DNA of 64,000 nucleotides from Savitreella phatthalungensis (Eukaryota): NCBI GenBank assembly GCA_051599415.1, contig AP039697.1, positions 124,001 to 188,000 of the forward strand, read 5' to 3'. Shown piece by piece: positions 54,801 to 64,000 of this stretch (position 1 is its first letter; each line of letters starts with the position of its first letter). The notes under the pieces were generated by a model. It saw only the letters and a program-made list of their open reading frames with translations, ran no database searches and was not told where the DNA came from. The position numbers and the translations under genes were made by a program.

Positions 54801-54996
54801 CATCCCAAGCGTCACCACATCGACCAGCTTGCCGAGTTGTCCGAGCGTCAAGGTAGTCTGTTTTCTCTCGCCTTGACCTTCTGAATCATTCACTGGCCCG
54901 GGTCATCGTGAATCCCACGCTCGACAAACGACACCTCGACCTTTGCTTCTTGAGTTATTAGACACCTGGTTCGTAGAACTCCACTCACAAGAAACC

Positions 54997-57570
54997 ATGT
55001 CTCCAGATGTCGGCTCACTGACTGTTGGTGGTGGTAGTGCGGCACTGCCGTTTGTGCCTGTGTCACGCAAGTTGACTCGGGTGCTTGAGGTGGACGCGAA
55101 GAGCAAAGATGCTCATGTCGAGCGTGACGAGCGGATGGTTCGGTTGACTGGCAACCACCCATTCAATGCCGAAGCACCCTTGTCTGCACTCTGGGATCAG
55201 GGATTCATCACACCGCCAGAACTCTTCTTCGTCCGCAATCACGGCGCTTGTCCTGGGTACACAGAACAGGAGTGTATCGACTGGGAGATCGAGGTGTGCG
55301 GACTGGTGGAGAAGCCATTCAGGCTTTCGCTGCGTGACCTGATTGCAGAGTTTGAACAGATCACCCTGCCAGTCACAATCGTGTGCGCTGGCAATCGTCG
55401 AAAGGAGCAGAACGTCGTCCGCAAGGGAAGCGGCTTCAACTGGGGAGCAGCTGGCGTATCGACATCTCTCTGGACTGGACCACTTCTTCGGGATATCATC
55501 GGCCGCGCTGTACCAAAGCGTGCGGGCAAGTTTGTCTGCTTCACCGGTGACGATAGCTTGCCGAATGGCAACTATGAGACATGCGTGTCGATCGGTATGG
55601 CGATGAGCTTTGAGCGAGCAATCATGCTCGCGTATAAGCAGAATGGCGAGACCTTGAAGCCTGACCACGGCAGACCACTTCGAGTAATTGTGCCTGGCTG
55701 TATCGGCGGCCGGAGTGTCAAGTGGCTGAAGCGAATCACCGTCACTGCAGAACCTTCCGATAACTTCTACCACATCAACGATAACCGCGTCCTGCCAACA
55801 CTCGTGACGCCCGAGATGGCAAAGGCCGAGAAGCACTGGTGGCAGGACGAGCGGTACGCCATTTATAACCTGAATGTGCAGTCTGCAATCTGCAAGCCCG
55901 CACACGACGAGCGCGTGACTGTGGTCGAAGGTCAGGACTATGAGGTCGAGGGATACGCGTATAATGGCGGCGGTGTGCGGGTCGGTCGTGTCGAATTGTC
56001 AACCGACGGCGGCCGGACGTGGCGACTAGCTGAGATCGAATATCCCGAGGACCGGTATCGCGAGTACGAAGGCGAGTTGTACGGTGGCAAGGTGGATATG
56101 TGGAAGAGAGAGCAGTCTTGGTGTTGGTGTTTCTGGCGTTGCTCGATCCCGACAACGGAGTTGGCAGCGTCAAAGTCTGGACTTGTCGTCCGGGCGATGG
56201 ACGTTGGCATGAACGCTCAGCCAAGGGACATGTACTGGAATGTCATGTCCATGCTCAACAACTGTTGGTTCCGGGTCGCAACGCACATCGAAGAAGACGG
56301 TGAGCTCCGATTCGAGCACCCTACCCAGCCAGCCTTGCAGCCCGGAGGCTGGATGGAGCGCGTCAAGGACGCCGGCGGCGATCTGCAAGCTCATGGATGG
56401 GGCGAACTTCTGGAAGACAGCCAGCAGAGGAGCGACACTGCGGCTGCCGAGAAACCTGCGAAAAAGCTCATCAAGATGACTCGTGATGGCATCAACCGCA
56501 TCGTCACCCACGCTGAGCTCCTCCAGCACCGGAACGAGGAGTCTTGCTGGTTCGTCAACCACGGTGAGGTGTATGATGCGACACCATTCCTTCGCGAGCA
56601 CCCTGGTGGCGTCGACTCGATCACCATGGTCGGTGGTGAGGATTGCACGGATGACTTCATGGCGATCCATTCGGAGACGGCGAAGCTGCAGCTCCAGGAC
56701 TACCACATTGGAACACTCGAGCTTCTGACCCCACCAATGTCGAGCAATGCTTCGGATGCTGGGGGCGCTCGCACCCCTCGCCCTGTGTTCCTTGAGCCGA
56801 AGGTCTGGCATGACGTGGAACTAGTGGAGCGTACGATATTGTCAAAGGACTCTCGCTTGCTCCGGTTCAAGCTCGACCACGACGACCAGCTCCTCGGCCT
56901 CCCGTGCGGCCAACACCTATTCCTGAAGACAAGATGTCCAAAGACGGACGACCTTGTGATGCGAGCGTACACGCCTGTGAGCGCGCACGACGCACGCGGC
57001 TTCCTGGACGTCCTGGTGAAGGTGTACTTTGCGACGGACGATTGGCCGCTGGGTGGCAAGATGACGAATGCCCTCGATGCTTTACGCCCAGGAGACCGAC
57101 TGTCGGTGAAGGGCCCCACTGGCCACTTTGAGTACCACGGCCACGGTAACTTCACAAAGAGTGGCGCCCTTCGGACTAAGAAGAACTTTTGGATGGTCGC
57201 AGGCGGATCAGGCATCACACCAGTCTACCAGGTCATAAGGCAAGTTCACAACGACCCGAAAGATCCGACACGCTGCACCCTGCTCGACTCCAACAGATTC
57301 GAAGAAGACATCCTGTGTCGTAATGACCTCGATCGTTATGGTACTCGCGGGGGAATCGATATTGTCCACACGCTGTCGGGCAAGGAACTGTCGCCCGAGT
57401 GGACTGGACTGAAGGGCCGACTGACAACAACCTTATTGGATGACCGCTTCCCCCATGATCTGACTTCCGACGCGCTCCTCATGGTCTGTGGTCCACCTCA
57501 GCTGGAGGCGATGGTGAAGGAATGGGCCAAGGCTCGCGGTATGCCTGAGGACGACGTGCTTGTCTTCTAG
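54997..57570 (+). CDS. niaD: Assimilatory NAD(P)H nitrate reductase
   Basis: Moco domain (FFVRNHG, CAGNRRKE, DHGRPLR, GGRSVKWL), cytochrome b5 HPGG, FAD RAYTP and GGKMT, NAD(P)H GGSGITP and CGPP. First ATG at 54997. Confidence 0.97.
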   Translation: MSPDVGSLTVGGGSAALPFVPVSRKLTRVLEVDAKSKDAHVERDERMVRLTGNHPFNAEAPLSALWDQGFITPPELFFVRNHGACPGYTEQECIDWEIEVCGLVEKPFRLSLRDLIAEFEQITLPVTIVCAGNRRKEQNVVRKGSGFNWGAAGVSTSLWTGPLLRDIIGRAVPKRAGKFVCFTGDDSLPNGNYETCVSIGMAMSFERAIMLAYKQNGETLKPDHGRPLRVIVPGCIGGRSVKWLKRITVTAEPSDNFYHINDNRVLPTLVTPEMAKAEKHWWQDERYAIYNLNVQSAICKPAHDERVTVVEGQDYEVEGYAYNGGGVRVGRVELSTDGGRTWRLAEIEYPEDRYREYEGELYGGKVDMWKREQSWCWCFWRCSIPTTELAASKSGLVVRAMDVGMNAQPRDMYWNVMSMLNNCWFRVATHIEEDGELRFEHPTQPALQPGGWMERVKDAGGDLQAHGWGELLEDSQQRSDTAAAEKPAKKLIKMTRDGINRIVTHAELLQHRNEESCWFVNHGEVYDATPFLREHPGGVDSITMVGGEDCTDDFMAIHSETAKLQLQDYHIGTLELLTPPMSSNASDAGGARTPRPVFLEPKVWHDVELVERTILSKDSRLLRFKLDHDDQLLGLPCGQHLFLKTRCPKTDDLVMRAYTPVSAHDARGFLDVLVKVYFATDDWPLGGKMTNALDALRPGDRLSVKGPTGHFEYHGHGNFTKSGALRTKKNFWMVAGGSGITPVYQVIRQVHNDPKDPTRCTLLDSNRFEEDILCRNDLDRYGTRGGIDIVHTLSGKELSPEWTGLKGRLTTTLLDDRFPHDLTSDALLMVCGPPQLEAMVKEWAKARGMPEDDVLVF

Positions 57571-57640
57571 ATTTCCCTCTGCCACAGGTGGTTGCGCTAA
57601 CGATAATGATGAATACATGTTGCTTAAAATGCGTGCTTTG

Positions 57641-59056
57641 CTATGCGCGTGAGCCAATATCCTCGTCGCCTTCGTCTGACTGGCCGCCGCCAGATTCATC
57701 ATCCCTGAATCCGGCTAAGAGATCCTGCTCTGCGCCTGGGATCTCAGCACGTTCATCTGCCGGTCGGACGAGGTGAGAGTAGACTGAGATGATACCTGTC
57801 GATAGGCCGTGAACGAGAGTCGATGCTAGGACCACTGCGTAGATGATTGGCAGAACGACCTGTCTAGTGAGTCTGATCTCGTGAGTCTCCTTGCCATCGC
57901 CAAATTTACCAAGCTCCGACCTGAGGAGCTGTGCGAGAAACACGGCGCCGACACCCATCGGCCCGAACCAGCCACAGAAAAGCGCTTCCCTGCTGGTCTT
58001 GATCTCCGGGATTGTCTTCCAGAGGAGCATGATTGGCGGGAGTCTGCGAAGAAGGAGTACGCCGACGATGAATGCTGCGAGTGCTGGAACTGGGATCTGT
58101 GGTGTGTGAACGAGATCGTACCAGGGGATTGTGGCGCCGAAGTAGATGAAGAAGGCTGCGTTGAAGAGGAGGTCTACGATTCTTGGTAGTGCTGCTTCGC
58201 GCATGGGTTCGTGGAAGTCTCCTTGTGATGAGAATCCTGCGCCTGCAGCGAAGCAGAGGAGGAAGTCGTCGACGCCGAGCATCGCACCCACGCCGATGCA
58301 CAAGGTCGACAGGAGGAGGTAGAATGCGAGGTAACTCGTCTCGCCAACGAGCTCTCGCGTACTAGCACCTTTCAATACACGATTTGCCACCCATCCCAAC
58401 CCAGCACCCACAAAAACCCCACCCACACACTCATACAGCAGCGTATCGAGCACCCAGTCCTTCACAACCCGTCCAGCCTCCCCATCGCGCATCCAGTAGA
58501 TTGCTAGCCAGAGGAGTGGGATGGCGGTACCGTCGTTGCCGCCTGATTCCGCCTTCAGCAGGTTTCTAAGTCTTGTGGGTATGCGTGATGAGAAGTGTGA
58601 TCCGCCTAGGATAGAAGCTGCAAGGATTGGGTCAGTTGGGCAGAGACATGCTGCGATGGCTGCTGCTACTGGTAGGTGGAGTGTTGGGAAGAGTGCTAGG
58701 GCGAGGGCTGTGCAGATAGCCCAGGAGAGGAGCATGACTGGAGCGAGGAGGACGACTAGCGATTTCAGAGTCGATCGGAGGTAGTGTCTTGGAAGCTCGA
58801 TTCCGATCACAAAACACTGGATCCCAAGCACAAACCGAGTGCTCTCTTCACGTAGTGCACCAGCATCGAACCATGCATCAGGCGCAATCAGTCCCAACCC
58901 GCCAGGACCAACAGTCATTCCCCAGACCATCGCTAGCGGCGGCTCAGCGAGATGTAGCCGGTCTCGAATGAAATTCGACAGGAGTGCGTACACCAGCAGA
59001 AACACCGATAGTAAGACATACACCTTATGGGAGTTGCTTGTGTCGATCGGGAGCAT
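57641..59056 (-). CDS. Plasma-membrane-type Na+(K+)/H+ antiporter, short Sod2/Nha1-like (CPA1)
   Basis: CPTDP, ESGGNDG, GVDDFL, LRRLP and FGPMGVG motifs with about 12 TM segments. Start is uncertain: in-frame Mets lie between 59323 and 59056. Confidence 0.9.
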   Translation of the reverse strand: MLPIDTSNSHKVYVLLSVFLLVYALLSNFIRDRLHLAEPPLAMVWGMTVGPGGLGLIAPDAWFDAGALREESTRFVLGIQCFVIGIELPRHYLRSTLKSLVVLLAPVMLLSWAICTALALALFPTLHLPVAAAIAACLCPTDPILAASILGGSHFSSRIPTRLRNLLKAESGGNDGTAIPLLWLAIYWMRDGEAGRVVKDWVLDTLLYECVGGVFVGAGLGWVANRVLKGASTRELVGETSYLAFYLLLSTLCIGVGAMLGVDDFLLCFAAGAGFSSQGDFHEPMREAALPRIVDLLFNAAFFIYFGATIPWYDLVHTPQIPVPALAAFIVGVLLLRRLPPIMLLWKTIPEIKTSREALFCGWFGPMGVGAVFLAQLLRSELGKFGDGKETHEIRLTRQVVLPIIYAVVLASTLVHGLSTGIISVYSHLVRPADERAEIPGAEQDLLAGFRDDESGGGQSDEGDEDIGSRA

Positions 59057-59345
59057 CGTGGCGATAGACGACCGATGTGCCATGACGGCTTGACCCGGAG
59101 CAGCAGCCATCATGAGCACAGATGGAGTCTTATGATGAGCCGTACATACTTGAAGCGCGTAAAGGAGGAAGGAAACGCGTGTGTCTATGACGTACGTGGT
59201 TATGGGTGTGGATACACATATGAGTTTGATCACGCACGGGAAATTTTCCCGAATTGAACGGCTGGCACACGAGTCACGAAGACATGCACACAAGGGATAG
59301 AGTAAGTGCTCAGCTTGATTCATGATAACGTAAAGATGACGGATC

Positions 59346-62300
59346 CTACCATGTCAGGTTCTTCTCACCGATGACCATGGAGGTGTTAGGTGTGCCTCTG
59401 ATGGGCCTAGTCTTAAATTTGCGGTCTAGTGCTGCTAGACCTGCGTCTGGTGTTTCGTCCTTTGTGATTTTCCACTTGTTGGTGCCTAGGACTTCGTCGA
59501 GTTCGGCGATGGGTGGAAGTTTGAGGTAAATGCCATCGTCGTCTCGCTTCTCACAGGCAAAGGTGGCTAGGGAGACGTCGTCGTCATTTTTGCAGCCACC
59601 AAGACGGGTGTGGTCCTTCGAGTCGAGGACGAAGTTTCGCTTGTGCATCGGGCACGAGACGTGCATCTCTCCCGACTCATCGTCGCCGATGATGCCGTGA
59701 GAGAGCACAAAGGCTTTTCTGTGTGGACACATCTGCTGGGAGGCGAAGTAACCGCGTCCTTTGACGTGGTAGACGGCTAGCTGGGTGTCACCACGAAGAA
59801 CTGTTGCTGATGCACCGGCAGGTGTAGACTTGAGGTCGTCGACGCTGCAGACACGCTCCCAAGTCAGTGAAGACCAGGAGAGCTTGTTGAATTGCGTGGT
59901 GTCTGACTTCTTGGGCCAGTTGGCTGGACGTGGCTGACCACGCTCCACGATGTCGTCCACGTTGTTCGGTCGGGTCTCTTCTGTGTTCACGAACTGGCGG
60001 AATTGTTGACGTCGCTGTGGATCACGCACGACAGCAGTCCACTCACACTCGAATCTGCCGACAAGCTCTTCCATCTGCTTCTCGAGTTCCTCGCAGATAC
60101 CGAGCTTGTCATCGATGATGACTTCTCGCAGGTATGCCATCCCACCTTCCAGGTTCTCGAGCCAGCGAGCCGTCCGCTGTAGACGGTCACCAGTGCGGAT
60201 GTAGAACATGATGAAGCGATCGAGTAGTGGAATGACCATGTCTGGCTGGACGTCCGCAGCGAGAAGTTGCGCGTGGGCTGGTTTCGCTCCACCGTTTCCG
60301 CACACGTACAGGTTGTATCCCTTGTCAGTGGCGATGGCACCAAAGTCCTTCGATTGTGCCTCTGCGCACTCACGCACGCAGCCAGAAATACCTCCCTTGA
60401 ACTTGTGAGGCGCACGGATCGACTTGTACCGTTCCTCGAGTCTGACTGCCAGGCCGACACTGTCTCCCACGCCGTATCGGCACCAGGTTGACCCCACGCA
60501 CGACTTGACTGTGCGCAGAGACTTGCCGTACGCGTGGCCACTCTCGAATCCTCCCTCGATCAAAGCCTCCCAGATATCTGGCAGATCGTGCTTCTTGGCA
60601 CCGAAGAGATCGATGCGTTGGCCACCAGTGATCTTGGTGTAGAGACCATACTTCTTCGCCACCTGTCCAAGGACGACGAGCTTGTCTGGAGTAATCTCCC
60701 CGGCTGAGACTCTCGGAACGACCGAGAACGTACCGTTACGCTGGATGTTGGCAAGGAATCGGTCGTTGGTGTCCTGAAGGTGATGTGTCTCCGGCTTCAT
60801 GATGAATGGATTGTAGAGGGAGGAAATGATCGATGCAATGCAGGGCTTGCAGACTTCACAGCCGAGGGCATCAGGGCGCTTGCCGTATCCGCGCATGATG
60901 TCGTCGAAGCTCTTGAGCTGTTTGACCCGCACGATGTTGAATAGGTCCGCACGAGAATAGTCAAAGTGGGGACATACGTTGTTGCTCACTTCCTTTCCAA
61001 GCTTCTTCATCTCTGCGTTGAAGATGCCCTTCATCAGAGGTTCGCAACCACCGCATCCTGTACCGGCCTTTGTGCATGATTTGACTTCTCCCAGAGACGT
61101 GCATGAGCCGTCGCGGAGCTTCTTGACCATGTCACCCTTTGTGACGTTGTGGCATGAGCAGATCTGTGCTTCATCAGGCAGGTCTGAGCCATCGTCTTCG
61201 CCTTCCTTCTGAGCGCCGAGGATGAACTGGGAGGGTGGCATCTCGAGCGGCTTGCCTGCTCTGACGATCGCATTCAGCTTGACAAACTCGCTCGTGTTGC
61301 CGACGAGGATGCCGCCTAGCAGGTACTTACCGTCTTTGGAGAAGATGAGCTTCTTGTAGACGCTGTCGAATGGGTCGTGGTATTGCAGGACGCGCACATC
61401 GTTTGCTGTCTTGCCATGCTTTGTGTCTTTTGGTCCATCGCGGTCGGCGAAGAAGTCACCAAATGAGCCGACATCGACGCCCATGAGCTTGAGCTTTGTG
61501 GAGAGGTCCGGTTGCGTGAAGGCACGGGCCTTGTGCAGGTGAGCCTGGGTCAGGTTCCACGTGACGATATCTGCCATCTCAACTCCTGGACCAATGAGAC
61601 CAAAAGTGTTGCCGCGCCAGTTGCCGCATTCGCCGACAGCGTAGATGTTCGGATCGGATGTGCGCAGTTCATCATCGACAATGAGACCACCACGCGTGTG
61701 GCACTCTAGGCCACAGTCTGCACCGAGCTCATCGCGAGCACGGATACCAATGGCGTAGCAAATCATCTGACAGGGGACAGTCTCGCCACTGGCGAAGGTG
61801 ACGGATTCCATTGCGCCCGATGCATCTTTGTTGATTGATGTAATCTGCTCACCAAGCCTGACCTTGACTCCCATGCCGCGGACTTTCTCTGTCAATAGGT
61901 CGCCACCTGCCTGGTCGAGCTGTTGTGAGAGAAGCCACTTTGACCTGTGCACAACGGTCATGTCACTGAACCTGTCCATGTCCTTGACTGCGTGAGCGGC
62001 CTCAAGACCTAAAAGTCCGCCACCAACGACGATAGCCTCTCTCGGCTTTTCGAGGCTGTTGGCGTACTCAATCATCTCCTCGAGGTCACCGATTGTGCGG
62101 TAGACGAAAACACCCTTGGCATCGTGGCCGCGGATCTGCTTTGGCCAGACTGCATGTGAGCCTGTTGCAAGGATACAAACATCGTACGGATACGCTCCCT
62201 CGCGAGTGTAGACAAGTCTTTGTGTACGGTCGATGCGTATGACGGGTGATGAGGTGCGGTATGTGAACTTTTGAACATCAGCCTGGCGGTACCACTCTTC

Positions 62301-62579
62301 CGGATTCAGATAGAGGGATTCAACTGAGCGATGCTCGAAGAACGATGTGAGACCGACGCGATTGTATGCGACGTGCTTCTCCTCGCCAAGGACTATTACC
62401 TGGTATCTGTTCTGCTGACTGTCACGTTCGAGCAGCTTCTCGACAAACGCGATACCGACCATGCCGAGGCCAACGACAACGATCTTGGTGGCATGAATTG
62501 GATTGATCAGGGGTGTTGTTGGACGATTCGCATGATCTGCGATGTGTGAAAGGGAGTCCTGGTCATACAATGGCGCCAT
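59346..62579 (-). CDS. niiA: NAD(P)H nitrite reductase (siroheme) with C-terminal Rieske-like domain
   Basis: GLGMVG, YNRVGL, GGGLLGLEAA, ICSCHNV, GTGCGGC, CVGSTWC...GCVREC and CPH...CPMH. Confidence 0.97.
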   Translation of the reverse strand: MAPLYDQDSLSHIADHANRPTTPLINPIHATKIVVVGLGMVGIAFVEKLLERDSQQNRYQVIVLGEEKHVAYNRVGLTSFFEHRSVESLYLNPEEWYRQADVQKFTYRTSSPVIRIDRTQRLVYTREGAYPYDVCILATGSHAVWPKQIRGHDAKGVFVYRTIGDLEEMIEYANSLEKPREAIVVGGGLLGLEAAHAVKDMDRFSDMTVVHRSKWLLSQQLDQAGGDLLTEKVRGMGVKVRLGEQITSINKDASGAMESVTFASGETVPCQMICYAIGIRARDELGADCGLECHTRGGLIVDDELRTSDPNIYAVGECGNWRGNTFGLIGPGVEMADIVTWNLTQAHLHKARAFTQPDLSTKLKLMGVDVGSFGDFFADRDGPKDTKHGKTANDVRVLQYHDPFDSVYKKLIFSKDGKYLLGGILVGNTSEFVKLNAIVRAGKPLEMPPSQFILGAQKEGEDDGSDLPDEAQICSCHNVTKGDMVKKLRDGSCTSLGEVKSCTKAGTGCGGCEPLMKGIFNAEMKKLGKEVSNNVCPHFDYSRADLFNIVRVKQLKSFDDIMRGYGKRPDALGCEVCKPCIASIISSLYNPFIMKPETHHLQDTNDRFLANIQRNGTFSVVPRVSAGEITPDKLVVLGQVAKKYGLYTKITGGQRIDLFGAKKHDLPDIWEALIEGGFESGHAYGKSLRTVKSCVGSTWCRYGVGDSVGLAVRLEERYKSIRAPHKFKGGISGCVRECAEAQSKDFGAIATDKGYNLYVCGNGGAKPAHAQLLAADVQPDMVIPLLDRFIMFYIRTGDRLQRTARWLENLEGGMAYLREVIIDDKLGICEELEKQMEELVGRFECEWTAVVRDPQRRQQFRQFVNTEETRPNNVDDIVERGQPRPANWPKKSDTTQFNKLSWSSLTWERVCSVDDLKSTPAGASATVLRGDTQLAVYHVKGRGYFASQQMCPHRKAFVLSHGIIGDDESGEMHVSCPMHKRNFVLDSKDHTRLGGCKNDDDVSLATFACEKRDDDGIYLKLPPIAELDEVLGTNKWKITKDETPDAGLAALDRKFKTRPIRGTPNTSMVIGEKNLTW

Positions 62580-62779
62580 GACTGCCTACCTTTCTTCTGT
62601 GTCTCTGGATCTGTGAATCGATCAAGTCGTCAGAGATGGTAGCGTCGAGTGTTGGAGAAAGAGGTCTCTTGTGGACGTCTTTGTAGATGGTGAAGTGAGA
62701 GTGTGTGATCGAGGAGGCAGGTGAGCGAGTGAGAAAGAGAGTTCGAAGAACGAGAAGGATGGATGAGGTTGTTCGAGGT

Positions 62780-63560
62780 GTGATCGGAGAAGATCGTGAT
62801 GACAGTCAGGACAAGATCTCGAACTACAGATCCCTTGATAGGTCAAGGACGCTCGATCGAAGAACAAGTTCTGATCTTTAGCGGTATGATCTCTCGGATA
62901 AGACGGGGGATGTCTAGACCTGACCAGGGGATCTCCACACTATGATTGTCAGAACTCAAGGCTGCTGCTCCTGCTTTCTTTTCGGCAGCCTCGGGAGAAG
63001 GTGGAGATGGAGGATGAGTACGACATTAGGGATCTAATCTCCCTGCTGTAATGTGATGATGGGTGTATGGATCACACACCAGTTGGCAGGTGGTGGAGTA
63101 CGTCGGAGTGTTTATCACAGTGGCGCTCATCCTGGAACTGTGCCGATGTCTGTCTGTGGACCGTGGACCGTGGACATTGAGCACAAGAACTGACTCTGGT
63201 ATGGTTGAAGCAATGAGAGGATTGATCTCCGACGCCAATCTTGTCAAGTGGCGTTCTGAAGCGTTCAGGCTCTTGCTGGCTGGCTGTCTGGCTGACTGGC
63301 TATCAGGCAAGTTCTTTGGCGTGGTTGTGCAGGTGTATCTGTTGATAGACGGGTTCCAAGCTGATAAGGGATATCGTATCATGATACGGTTGATAAAAGT
63401 TTTAGTAGGTGTAGTGGGTTTGATCAGATGATATGGATTGATTGATATTCAGACGTACATATGTATACTTAAGAGCATGTGAAAGCTTATCAGTGATCAA
63501 TCTCGTTTCAGAAATGTTTATCTAGCAAATTGATAGATCAATCAATTTCTACGGAGTAAA
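62780..63560 (-). promoter_or_regulatory. GATA-dense promoter of nitrite reductase
   Basis: TGATAA 63362, GATATC 63370, TATC 63377, TGATAC 63382, TGATAA 63391, TTATCA 63487, TTATCT 63518, TGATAG 63531. Confidence 0.65.
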
Positions 63561-64000
63561 GATCAAATTCTGAACCTGTCATACAACTCAATTGTAAAAG
63601 ATCTTTTCAGGGCTTTCCAGCTTGAATAGAAGATGAAACTCACTCTAGACAATCAATCAATCAATCCCTGACGTTGGGAGTTTTTCCCTTTACACAGCCT
63701 CCGAGATCTGTTTCAGTTACAGGTCAATTTGGCCAATCAAAGAGCCCAAATTCATTATACCTATCGAATGCCTATCTTTCTCACACGACCATGCACTCTG
63801 CCTGATACACAGCCCGGCAATCTCGGCAACATCAATACACAAAAGTCAACAGTCTGATGGCACAATCGACTTCTACCTCCGAAAGCTAGCAGAAGTGAGT
63901 TCAGTGAAGGAGCCAGTACAGACTTTGGCATAGAACTCAGTAAGTGGATCTTCAACAATCGATCGCGCTGGCTCAGTGAATGAATCTTTGCCATAGGCCT

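Noticed and set aside
59057..59345. niiA-antiporter read-through fusion, since the antiporter frame is open almost to the niiA stop
   Set aside because: The two ORFs are in different frames and the 89-codon extension looks like non-coding sequence.
1..64000. CRISPR arrays, rRNA, prophage or telomeric repeats
   Set aside because: Eukaryotic gene content; no regularly spaced repeat-spacer array, rRNA-like sequence or telomere tract seen.

Overview
Eukaryotic (fungal) genomic DNA, gene-dense, with about 25 protein genes that all read as uninterrupted ORFs. An intron-poor, yeast-like ascomycete such as a Taphrinomycotina species is my best guess; this is inference only. Left to right: two small secreted proteins, an ABCB/MDR transporter, a signal-peptide + KDEL agmatinase-like ureohydrolase, a catalase-fold protein with altered distal residues, RPL23, a GPI-type CBM52-like wall protein, a secreted Ser/Thr/Gly-stalk protein ending in a bacterial-type anthrax-lethal-factor/Pro-Pro-endopeptidase-like zinc metalloprotease domain, a CDF metal transporter, a TOK1 K+ channel, two uncharacterised membrane proteins, Vps9, two secreted carboxylesterases, an aspartic protease, Sfh1, a ~7.5 kb ORF-poor stretch, a three-repeat Myb factor, a GFA protein with a PTS2 motif and an ASNSD1-like protein. 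The window ends with a complete nitrate-assimilation cluster (transporter, nitrate reductase, nitrite reductase) that has a Na+/H+ antiporter gene embedded in it and GATA-rich promoters. The most interesting candidates are the ATLF/PPEP-like secreted protease (possible horizontal transfer or effector), the atypical catalase and the antiporter inside the nitrate cluster. All family calls are from motif recognition by eye; no database searches were run.
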